Source: an uncultured delta proteobacterium (GTDB taxonomy: Bacteria > Myxococcota_A > Polyangia > Polyangiales > Polyangiaceae). From it: a DNA stretch of 64,000 bases. The stretch spans positions 224,001 through 288,000 of the forward strand of contig CAWJCS010000006.1 in assembly GCA_963841435.1 (NCBI GenBank), in the 5' to 3' direction. The notes beneath the pieces are model-generated. The model had not been told where the DNA came from, made no database searches, and saw only the letters and a program-made list of their open reading frames with translations. The translations under genes and the position numbers were made by a program. Positions 30,767-40,260 of the stretch are shown piece by piece (within the stretch, counting starts at the first letter, position 1; every line of letters starts with the position of its first letter).

Positions 30767-31522
30767 TCAGCTGTTCGTCGCTGGGTCGTTCTTCTCGCTC
30801 GCTCGTCTCGTGCGCCCACCTTGGGCTCTCTTGTGCCGTGACTCGGCTAGTCGAAGCTCTTTGGCGATGCGCTCGATGGCGGCTTCCCGCGATTCGGTCG
30901 AGCGCCGCAGGTAGCCGAACGCGCCTACTGCGAGCGCGAGCCGCGCGGCGACGGCCGGTGCCGCGCGAGGCCCCTCCCATTTTCGGCCGAGCTCCTTCCT
31001 GATCGTGTCGTCGGTCAGCTGCGCGAAGGCGCCGTCGGCGCGCGCGAGTGAGGTGCGCACCGCATCGGCACCGGTGGCCTCGTACGTGACCTTGCGGCCG
31101 CTGGCGCCGAGCTCCACCTTGGGGCGCCCATACGCCCTCGTGGTCAGCCGTTCGCCCACCAGGCGCCCTTCGTCCGCCTGCGCGAGCCGAACGATCTCGT
31201 CCATCAGCATGCACAGGTTGGCGTCGTGACTCGTGGTGAAGGGCAACAAGGCCTGCTCCACCCACGTGGAGTGCTCCGGCGAGGGATCCACGACCGCGAG
31301 CACGGCCTGCTGCATGAGCAGGTACGCGTTCCATTGCTCGGGCGTCGGACTCGCGCCGGGCTCGAGACTCACGCCCGTCAGCGCTTCGAACGCTGCGCCG
31401 ATCGAGCCGAGGTTCTGGACGACCCCGGGGCCGACCGCGAGCACGCGCGATATATCGGATTTGCCCCCGATCGCCTTGGAAACGACCGGCTTTCCGCCTT
31501 TCCTGGTCCTGCTCGGTCGCAT
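30767..31522 (-). CDS. Hypothetical protein
   Basis: 251-aa ORF with plausible composition; no recognised motif. Confidence 0.55.
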   Translation of the reverse strand: MRPSRTRKGGKPVVSKAIGGKSDISRVLAVGPGVVQNLGSIGAAFEALTGVSLEPGASPTPEQWNAYLLMQQAVLAVVDPSPEHSTWVEQALLPFTTSHDANLCMLMDEIVRLAQADEGRLVGERLTTRAYGRPKVELGASGRKVTYEATGADAVRTSLARADGAFAQLTDDTIRKELGRKWEGPRAAPAVAARLALAVGAFGYLRRSTESREAAIERIAKELRLAESRHKRAQGGRTRRASEKNDPATNS

Positions 31523-31914
31523 GAGTGCGAGCCTACCTCATCGGAGGCGGTCGCCACAGGGTGTCACGCTGGCGCGTTGGTTTTGATCTGGAGGAGGTAG
31601 GGCCGCCCCGGTTTCCGCTACGATGACACGATACGACCTCTGCCGGAAGAGCGGCGACAAGCTCCTCGTCGTCACCGTGCTCGACACCTGCGCCGACAGC
31701 GGCCCCGAACCCCATGGTATTCTCCGCGCTCGGGAGGCCTGGTGGCACATCGACTGACATGCCCGTGTACGACAGCAAAGTGACCGTCTCTGACGATCAA
31801 ACGCGCATGGGCGGGTGGTGCCGGCGGCTTCGAGCTCCAACTCGTGTCCCAGTTCGTCGGTCGCTTCCCACCGCTCACCACCTACTACCTCGCGCTCGGT
31901 GATCTCGGCTTCCT

Positions 31915-32964
31915 GTGAAAAAGCTCCTGTCACTTGCGCTCCTCCTCGCCGCCTGTGGCGGGAGAACCGGATTCACGATCGACGACCTCCCCACGGACGC
32001 CCCGACCGCCCCAACCGACACTCCCGCCGAACACCCGTCCGAAAAGCCCGCCGTCGGCGACAGGAACCCGCCTGATACCCTGTGCACCGGCGAAGCGAGC
32101 GAGCCGATGCTGCTCGCTACCGGCACGGACGGAGCGGCTTCAATCGCGGTTTACAACGGCACCGTGTACGTCGCGTCCTTTTACGCGGTCAACGGCAAGG
32201 TTTGGAAGATCGCGCGCGACACGGGCGCGCTCGAGCTCATCGCCACGAGCCAGAACGGGCCCACCTCGATTGCCGCCGACGCAAGCGGCGCCTACTGGAC
32301 GACCGCCGAGGCCGTCGTCCACTACCGGGCGGGCGGAGTGCTCGAAACCAGCGCGACCAGCCTCGACCATCCGGGCGAGGTCGCCCTCGGCAGCAACGGT
32401 TTCTACGTCGCCGACCGCAGCAACACGGGCACGTTTCCCGTCAACACGCAGGGCAGGATCCTCGCCTTCACCCCGCACCGCCGCGACCTCGTCAACGGCC
32501 TCGGCCTCCCCACGAGCCTCGCCCTCGATGATCAGAACATCTACTACACCGACTGGGTCAATTTCACCGTCGGCCGCGTCTCGCGGAGCGGCGGCGACGC
32601 CGCGACGCTGACCGCCAACGTCTTTTACCCCGACGACATCGCCGTCGAGGGCAACCTCCTCTACTTCACGGGCTACGACCACGGCGTGTTCCGATTCGAG
32701 CTTCCGAACGGCCCTGCCGTCCAGTTCTTCTCGACCGACATTGCCCTGCGTGACCTCGCGTTGGACGCGACGGACGTCTACGTCGGCGGCCACGACACGA
32801 TCGACTGGAACTCCGGCGCCCTCTACCGCATCCCTCGCAACGGCGGACCGCTGGAGACCGTTAACCAGGGCCACTCCGTGTTCGGCATCGCCGTGGACGT
32901 GGCCCGCGTGTACTGGACACGCGGCGGGGCAGGGGAGGTGTGGATGCGCTGCAAGGGGGAGTGA
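31915..32964 (+). CDS. Beta-propeller lipoprotein (DUF5050-like repeats)
   Basis: LLLAAC; repeated IAADASGAYW / LALDDQNIYY / IAVDVARVYW. Confidence 0.85.
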   Translation: MKKLLSLALLLAACGGRTGFTIDDLPTDAPTAPTDTPAEHPSEKPAVGDRNPPDTLCTGEASEPMLLATGTDGAASIAVYNGTVYVASFYAVNGKVWKIARDTGALELIATSQNGPTSIAADASGAYWTTAEAVVHYRAGGVLETSATSLDHPGEVALGSNGFYVADRSNTGTFPVNTQGRILAFTPHRRDLVNGLGLPTSLALDDQNIYYTDWVNFTVGRVSRSGGDAATLTANVFYPDDIAVEGNLLYFTGYDHGVFRFELPNGPAVQFFSTDIALRDLALDATDVYVGGHDTIDWNSGALYRIPRNGGPLETVNQGHSVFGIAVDVARVYWTRGGAGEVWMRCKGE

Positions 32965-33134
32965 TGGCTACGCGGTCAGCGATGCGCGACCCGCTCATGG
33001 TCCCCTGGCGGCGGTCGAACGCCTGAGCCCCCGTCGAGCAACCACCCATCCAACGCCACCAAGCACGATCGTGGTCCCCGCGCCGCAGAAGAAAAGCCGC
33101 AGTGCAACAGGTTAGGGCTCATTCGGCCTCGTGC

Positions 33135-33746
33135 TCAACCGAGCTTGCTTTTCAGCGCCGCCATCAGCGAGCTCGTCAGCTCCTGCTCTGGCAGGATGCG
33201 CTCGATGAATAGGTCGCGGCTCAGCCGGTCGAGCGCGTCGGCGACGCTCCCATACCAGCGCGAAGAGCTCTTTTCGGCCTCGTTGAGCAACGAAATCGAG
33301 TATTTCTCACTGAGCACCGCACCAGGCGTCGCGAATACCAAGGGAAGAGCGCCCCAAACCCCCCCCATCGTGGGCGCTCGGCTCCCGGATTGTTCGATGC
33401 GCCGAGCGAGCTCGCCCGCGCGAGTGCGGTGGGAAGCGTGGCAATCCACGATCACGCTCGTGTGGTCGTACAAGGCCGGCAAGACCCGCGCCTCGGCGTA
33501 AGCTTCGACGGCTCCGAGCTCGTGGCGACAGAGCGCGATCAAGAGCTCGAACTTGTCGATGTCGGGGTCGGTTCTACGAAAGTCCGCGTCCGTCGTCCGC
33601 TGGTGGAACTGCCGTGGCTCGTCCTCGCGGGCGTCGTCCTCGTCATCGTAGTCCTTTTCCTCTTGCTCGCTGTGCTCGTGCAGGCCCGGACGCACCAGCG
33701 AGCGCGGAACTGGCTCAGTGCACGTCGTTCGTGTTGGTCGTTGCAT
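33135..33746 (-). CDS. Ferritin-like (DUF2383/PA2169-like) protein
   Basis: LCRHELGAVEAY, SHRTRAGELARRI, LNEAEKSSSRWY four-helix pattern. Confidence 0.7.
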   Translation of the reverse strand: MQRPTRTTCTEPVPRSLVRPGLHEHSEQEEKDYDDEDDAREDEPRQFHQRTTDADFRRTDPDIDKFELLIALCRHELGAVEAYAEARVLPALYDHTSVIVDCHASHRTRAGELARRIEQSGSRAPTMGGVWGALPLVFATPGAVLSEKYSISLLNEAEKSSSRWYGSVADALDRLSRDLFIERILPEQELTSSLMAALKSKLG

Positions 33747-33783
33747 GGGATCAAACTCCTTCGCGGGGTCAGGTGCAACATCG

Positions 33784-34320
33784 TCAATGGACGCGCTCGA
33801 GGCCTTCGTGCGTCAGCCAGGCTTCGTAGCGTTGCTTGCGGCGCTCAATCTCCTGGGGAGTCGGGGCGAAGGCGCGCGCGCGGCCAAGAGGACGGCTCGC
33901 CCTCGGCGGGGCTGGCAGCTCGTCCGTCGCCCGCGCCTCCGCGGGCGCTGCCGGAGCGCTTAGCGCCTGGACGGCGTGATACACGTCGGGACGATCGAGC
34001 CCGTCGGGCTCCGGACCAGCCTCGAGCACCGGGTCCCAGGGCAGGGTCGCACGGTCGAGGACCTGGCGGACGCTGGCGATCGCGACGGACAAGCGCGGTC
34101 GAAAGGCAACCACGGCAAGAACGACCGAGCCCGCGATTCCGGCGATGCCCAGGGTTCTCGCAACCAGCGCGCGAGCTCGCGCGGCGTCACGCATCAGCCC
34201 CGCGGGGCTCATCGAGTCCGCCGAGGTTCGTGAGCTCTGACCAACACGGTCGTCGAGCGAGCTCGGAACCTGCATGAGCTCTCCTTCCCACAGAGGGTTG
34301 GTCGGAAACGGTCGGGCCAT
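33784..34320 (-). CDS. Hypothetical single-TM protein
   Basis: TLGIAGIAGSVVLAVVAF TM; charged C-terminal helix. Confidence 0.5.
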   Translation of the reverse strand: MARPFPTNPLWEGELMQVPSSLDDRVGQSSRTSADSMSPAGLMRDAARARALVARTLGIAGIAGSVVLAVVAFRPRLSVAIASVRQVLDRATLPWDPVLEAGPEPDGLDRPDVYHAVQALSAPAAPAEARATDELPAPPRASRPLGRARAFAPTPQEIERRKQRYEAWLTHEGLERVH

Positions 34321-35201
34321 GGCTGGCGTGGAGCAAATCACGTGCCACCGCCGCCGCGACCCCCAAGGGCCCGGGAGGGGCGAACCTGCCGCTTCGCCTG
34401 AGGGCGCTTTGCGGCGGCGTCGCGTTCTGCCTCGCCAAGACGCTGGCGACTCGCGCAGCAGCGTGGGAAATCCTTGAAGCCAGCCTGGAACGTCGCTCCG
34501 CTCTCGCCAATCAGCGCCAATGCTCGCTGACCAGTTCGGAACCCGCGCTTCAGCGCCTTCTCGTCGAGCTGCCGTGAGTGACACCGCCGGAGCGGACGGA
34601 AACCACGGCTCTGTCGCAGTCACGCGCCCTCGGCGGTCGCACTTTCGCGGCCGGCCATTCGAACAAGGCTGGCCTCCATGGCGCACGAGACGAGATTCAC
34701 TCGCGTGATCGCCCGGCACGAGGACGAGACCTCGGCGCAGGCGGGTTCGAAGACATGGCGGATACCTCCGAGCCACACGCGAACGTGCGGCACAAGAACC
34801 GGAAAACGTCGAGCGACGCCGCAAACGCAGCGTCAACTTGCGAGTCACGAGCCCCGTCTACGAGACGGAGCGCTCGGTTCGTGCGACCAGGGTCGGCCGA
34901 GGATGCGGACTCCGCAACGTTGGGTGGCTCCGGTCCAACAGGTAGGCCTGCGTTGCGATGGTAGCCCGACCGATCGAATCGTCGCACCCGTGTATCGGAT
35001 CTTCTCTGGTTGACCCTGGCCCGCGGCCAGGCTTCTGGCTCTAGATTTCTCGGATGCACGAGCGAGCGTCTTTCGGGGCTGCGCGAGCGATTTCTTAGAC
35101 GCCCGCTTCCCGCACCGGACTGAGAAAGCGCGTTCTCAGCCAGGGTCGGGGCCGCCTTACGCCTCGTCCCCGAGCTCGATAGGCTAGTCTCCAAGCAAGC
35201 T

Positions 35202-36467
35202 GTGACGAGCGCTGGGACGGACGGGACGGGCAACTCTGGTGGACCAGGTGACTGGCTCGTGGGCGGAGGTGAGCTCGGCAGGCTCATGCGCGCCGTGGAC
35301 TGGGCCGAGACGCCGCTCGGGCCGAGAGAGTCGTGGCCTCAGAGCCTCTGCACGGCGGTGAGCCTCTGCCTGGGCTCGCGCCACCCCATCGTGCTCTGGT
35401 GGGGCGACGAGCGCGCCATGTTCTACAACGACGCGTACCGGCCGATGCTCGGCGACAGCAAGCTTCCGCAGTTCCTCGGTCGCTCCGGTGAGGATTGCTG
35501 GGCGGAGATCTGGCACGTCATCGGTCCGATGATGGATCAGGTGCTCGCTACTGGCGAAGCCACCTGGTCGGAGGATCTGTTCCTGCTCATGATGCGCCAC
35601 GGGTACCTGGAGGAGACGTATTTCACCTTCTCCTACAGCCCGATCCGCGACGAAAAAGGCGTTCCACGCGGGATCTTCAACGCCTGCAGCGAGAGCACGG
35701 GCCGCGTGCTCGGCGAGCGGCGCCTTAAGGCGTTGCGCGGCTTGGCGGTGGAAGCCCGAACGGCCGCCGATGCCGCTCAGCGTTGCGCGGACGCGCTCGG
35801 CCAGAACGCCCGCGCCGTGCCCTTCGCGCTCGTCTACCTCTTCGACGAGACGGGCAAAGCGCTACACCTGGGTCTCGAAGTCGGCACGCCCGCGAGCCCG
35901 GAGGCGGTGACCATCGGCACCGAGGAAACGGCCGGATGGCCCTTCTCTCGGGTAGCGGCGGGTGGACGGGCGGAGCTGGTCACGAACCTCGCAGAGCGGT
36001 TTAGTTGCCTGCCAGTCGCGCCCTGGGACGAGCCGGCGCACCAGGCCCTCGTGCTCCCGATTGCACGCCCCGGGTCGCCGCAGGCCACCGGGGTGCTCGG
36101 GCTCGGCATCAATCCGAGGCGGGCTCCGAGCATCTTGAACCAGGCGATCATGAACCTCGTCACCAACGCGCTCGACGCGATCAAGGGTCCTGGCAAGGTA
36201 ACCCTCCGGACCGGAGCAGAAGGCGAGTCGTACGTCATCAGCGTCACGGACACGGGCTCGGGCATTCCCGAGGCCATTCGCGACCGCATCCTCGAGCCGT
36301 TCTTCACGACCAAGCCCGTCGGCCAGGGCACCGGCCTCGGGCTCTCCATCACCTATTCGATCGTGAAGAGGCACGGCGGAGATCTCGAGCTCTCGCCCTC
36401 CGCCACGCGCGGGACGGTGGCGAGCATTCGGATCCCGCGCGCTTGGAGCTCGGGCTCGGCGGCGTGA
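35202..36467 (+). CDS. PAS-like/GAF sensor fused directly to HATPase_c; no HisKA domain
   Basis: [32 protein letters not shown], then abruptly [15 protein letters not shown]...GTGLGLS. Confidence 0.75.
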   Translation: MTSAGTDGTGNSGGPGDWLVGGGELGRLMRAVDWAETPLGPRESWPQSLCTAVSLCLGSRHPIVLWWGDERAMFYNDAYRPMLGDSKLPQFLGRSGEDCWAEIWHVIGPMMDQVLATGEATWSEDLFLLMMRHGYLEETYFTFSYSPIRDEKGVPRGIFNACSESTGRVLGERRLKALRGLAVEARTAADAAQRCADALGQNARAVPFALVYLFDETGKALHLGLEVGTPASPEAVTIGTEETAGWPFSRVAAGGRAELVTNLAERFSCLPVAPWDEPAHQALVLPIARPGSPQATGVLGLGINPRRAPSILNQAIMNLVTNALDAIKGPGKVTLRTGAEGESYVISVTDTGSGIPEAIRDRILEPFFTTKPVGQGTGLGLSITYSIVKRHGGDLELSPSATRGTVASIRIPRAWSSGSAA

Positions 36468-36578
36468 TCATTTTTCAGCCACCACAGGGTCAACCGGGGT
36501 CCACGTGAATCGCCCTCGGTAGACCTGGTCGTGGAGAAATTTTGGAGAAGAAGGGGTCGCCCGACACCCTCCGTCGTC

Positions 36579-37769
36579 CTAGCTAAGAGCGCCCGCGCGA
36601 ACCTCCGGGAACGCGACCCCTGGCCTGGCAAAGAGGTAGCCCTGAAGCAGATCACAACCCAGCGCGACGAGCGAATCGCGCTCGGCAGCGGTCTCCACGC
36701 CCTCGGCGACCGTCAGTTGACCCATGTCTCGGCAGAGTGCCATAACGGAGGCGACGACTTTCTGCTTCACGGGGCTGCTATCGATGTCGCGAATCAGCGC
36801 CATGTCGATCTTGACGACTTCGGGCTCGAGCAAGGTAAACGTGGTGAGGCCTGCGTAGCCCGCGCCGAGGTCGTCCACAGCGATCCGAAAGCCGGACGTC
36901 CGCAAGGCGCTGACGTGGTCGGTCAAGTCCTTCACACCGTCAAGGGACGCGCGCTCGGTCACTTCGAGCACGACCCGCGGCGCCAACCCCGACAAGGTCG
37001 CGGCCCAGCTTACTAGCTCGGGGTCGGCGAGCTCTTCGGGATGCAGGTTGACGAACAGCACGGTGCCCTCACGAGCTCCACGCAAGGCCTTGCCGGCGCG
37101 ATCCCGCACCGTTCGCCCCAAGCGGAAGACTTCACCCAACCGCTCTGCCGCCTCCAAGACCTGGCCTGGGCCAGGGAGGCCGGGTTCCCGACTGCGAAGC
37201 AACGCCTCGTAACCGAAGACGGTTCCGTCCCCGGCGCGCACGATCGGCTGGTACGCAACCCACATCGACTCGAGCGTGCGCTCGAAGCACGCCGCCAGCG
37301 CATCCCGACCGCCGTCGTCGCTTTCGCTGCCAGAGAGCCGTGACAGAGCCTCGCGCTTGAGACGCCCCATTCGCACGAGTTGCCGGGCCTTGGTGACGGC
37401 CCCAAGGAGCGCGCTCGTTTCCACCGGCTTGACCAGGTATTTCAGAACGCCGTGGTCGATCGCCTCCCGTGCACTATCCAGGCCGGGCACCCCGGTCATC
37501 AAGATGACCGGCAGATCCGGATCGTGGCGACGAATCTCCTGCAACAGCTCGAGCCCCGACATGCCAGGAAGACTGATATCCGTCACGACGACATCCACCC
37601 CACCGGCGGCCACGCATTCGAGCGCGGCAGCCGCCGTCGAATGTGTCGTCACCAGGAAATTGTGCCGCTCGAGAGCACGCTTGATCGCCCTCAGCAAGCC
37701 AAGCTCGTCGTCCACGACCAGGACCGTGCCGCGAAGCGATGAGACGGCCGCGCGCCCAAGATGACCCAT
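36579..37769 (-). CDS. REC-EAL c-di-GMP phosphodiesterase response regulator
   Basis: VVDDE, TDISLP, YQPIV, YEALLR, LEVTE, DDLGAGY, AEGVET, QGY. Confidence 0.92.
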   Translation of the reverse strand: MGHLGRAAVSSLRGTVLVVDDELGLLRAIKRALERHNFLVTTHSTAAAALECVAAGGVDVVVTDISLPGMSGLELLQEIRRHDPDLPVILMTGVPGLDSAREAIDHGVLKYLVKPVETSALLGAVTKARQLVRMGRLKREALSRLSGSESDDGGRDALAACFERTLESMWVAYQPIVRAGDGTVFGYEALLRSREPGLPGPGQVLEAAERLGEVFRLGRTVRDRAGKALRGAREGTVLFVNLHPEELADPELVSWAATLSGLAPRVVLEVTERASLDGVKDLTDHVSALRTSGFRIAVDDLGAGYAGLTTFTLLEPEVVKIDMALIRDIDSSPVKQKVVASVMALCRDMGQLTVAEGVETAAERDSLVALGCDLLQGYLFARPGVAFPEVRAGALS

Positions 37770-38237
37770 GTGCTTCTGTGAGGATGGGCTGGTCCTCACC
37801 GATCCGCAATGCTGCGCGCCGATCCATGTGCACCAACGTGGGCGACTGTGTGCTTGGTCGGCCCCGGATGGCGAGCTCGAGCGCATCCGGCGCGTCATCG
37901 AAGCAATCCTTGGGTGAGAGCAGGCGCGCCAGGCAGTCCGAGAGGGTTCAGCGGCGCCACCGCCACGTTGACCTTGGGCCGTCCCACGCTACCCTCCTCT
38001 AAGCTGACGACCATTTGGTCCTTCCATTCAAGTGGGCCAGGTCGGGGGACCAATGCACATGGGATGCTCCAAAGCAGGGCTCGTACCTAGTGGCGAACGC
38101 GGACCCGTCATATGCCGCTGGGCGCCTGGAGATGGCCTTGATGCCCCGGTCCTCACGCTCGCACTGCCTAGCGGGTACGGGACGGCCGTCCGAAAACGCG
38201 TGACGCGTGCGTTCCTTCGGCGCGAGACGAGGCGACG

Positions 38238-40158
38238 ATGACGCCAACCGCCGAACGTGTCCTCGTGGTGGATGACGAGCCGCAGGTTTTGGTCGCGCTC
38301 TCCGATCTGCTCTCGGACGAGTTCGCAATCCTCACGGCGGATTCTGGTGAGCAAGCGCTCACCCTGGCCGAGGAGGAGCCCGACCTGGCGGTCATCGTTA
38401 CCGATCAGCGGCTACCCGGCCTGTCGGGCGACGAGTTGCTCGCTCTGCTCGAGGATCGATCGGCCGCCACGCGCATCCTTGTCACGGGGTATGCCGACCT
38501 CACCGCCGTGATCAGGGCAGTGAACGTAGGTCGCCTTTTCGCCTACGTGTCGAAGCCCTGGAGCGCGGAGGACCTGAGGCTGAAAGTGCGTCGTGCGGCC
38601 GAGCGGTATCGCCTGACGAACGAGCTCGCCCGCGAGCGACAACTGCTCCACGATCTCATGGACAACGTGCCGGACGGCATTTGTTTGAAAGACCGCGAGC
38701 TTCGGGTTTTAGGTACGAATCGAGCGTTTTCCATGCTGCTAGGCGTCAGCGCTCCGGACACGCTCGTGGGCAGGCGGCTATCGGAGGTTCTCGGCGAATC
38801 ACCGGACGCCGGTCACAGCGAAGCCGAGGAACGACGAATCCTCTCGATGGGGTCAGCGGTGCAGGACCTCGTCACCGAGCGCCAACTCGCGCATGGCAAG
38901 CGATGGCTGTCGGAGACCAAGGCCCCGATCCGGAACGCCTCGGGGGAGGTCATCGGCCTCGTTGGCATCACGCGCGACGTGACCGAGCGCGTGGAGACAC
39001 AGGAGGCGCTTTCGCGGGTCGAAGAGCAGCTGCGCCAATCGCAGAAGATGGAAGCGATCGGTCGAACTTGCCGGAGGCGTGGCGCACGATTTCAATAACC
39101 TTTTGTCGGTGATCCTGGGCTACGGCGAGTACGTTCTCGAGCGACATCCCGAGCCGGACGAGGCACGCGACAACGTCGTGCAAATCATCGCTGCCGCGGA
39201 TCGAGCGGCAGCCCTCACTCGCCAGCTACTTGCCTTCAGTCGTCAGCGACCGATAGAGCCCGTGGTCATCGACCTCAATGCCGTCATTCTGGACACCGAA
39301 AGGATGCTGCACCGCCTAATCGGCGCGGAGGTCGTGATCCAAACCGATCTGCAGCCGGACCTCGCCTCGATCCGCGCTGATCCCACTCAGCTCGAGCAAA
39401 TCCTCTTGAACCTGGTCGTCAACGCGCGGGATGCAATGCCGGGCGGCGGCAGCATTCTCATCAGCACGCGGCTTAGCTCGAAGGATGCGCCCGAGCGCAG
39501 CGCAGGACCGAACCCCGCGGCTTTGGTGGAGCTCTGCGTCGCGGACACCGGCAGCGGGATGGACGATGACACCAAGCAGCACCTATTCGAACCATTCTTC
39601 ACGACGAAGCCGGTGGGCAAGGGGACGGGACTGGGCCTTGCCACCGTCTACGGGATCATCCAGCAGTCCGGAGCTCGGATCCGCGTGGAAAGCGACATCG
39701 GCGTCGGGACGCGCTTCCGCATGTGGTTTCCAACGGCAGGCGAGGAGACGCGCTCGTCGCCGCCGCGGCCCGAGCACAAGGGACGACCCCGCGGAGCGGG
39801 AACCGTGCTGCTCGTCGAAGACGAGGATGCCGTGCGGCGCGTGGCGGCAAGGACCCTCCGCGAGCAGGGTTATACGGTCCTCGAGGCGCAAGGGGTGGCG
39901 GAAGCGCGTCAGCTTTGCGAGCAGCACCGCGCGACCATCGACCTGCTGCTGACCAACGTCGTCATGCCGGAGCTCAGTGGCCCGAAGCTCGCAGAGGAGC
40001 TAACCGTCATTCTCCCCGGGTTGCGTGTTCTTTTCATGTCGGGCTACTCGGGCAACGCCTTCCAACACTCGGTCATGCCGGCCGCCTCGTCCTTCGTCGA
40101 GAAGCCCTTCACGCCCGCCGTTCTCGCCAGGAAGGTCGCCGAATTGCTGGACAGCTGA
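38238..40158 (+). pseudogene. Hybrid kinase REC-PAS-HisKA-HATPase-REC with +1 frameshift at ~39066
   Basis: QKMEAIGR / LAGGVAHDFNN is split by an extra A in GGTCGAACTT. Confidence 0.88.
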
Positions 40159-40260
40159 CTGATTGCAGGGGTCGGTCGCTGCCACGGCTTGGTCCCGCGC
40201 GCTGGGGCAACGCCGCTTCCCGGGTTACCGCTCCACGACGGTGCGCGGTCGCGTCCCTGC

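Noticed and set aside
31623-31757. 44-aa ORF MTRYDLCRKSGDK...
   Set aside because: The GGAGG motif is too far upstream and there is no recognisable motif.
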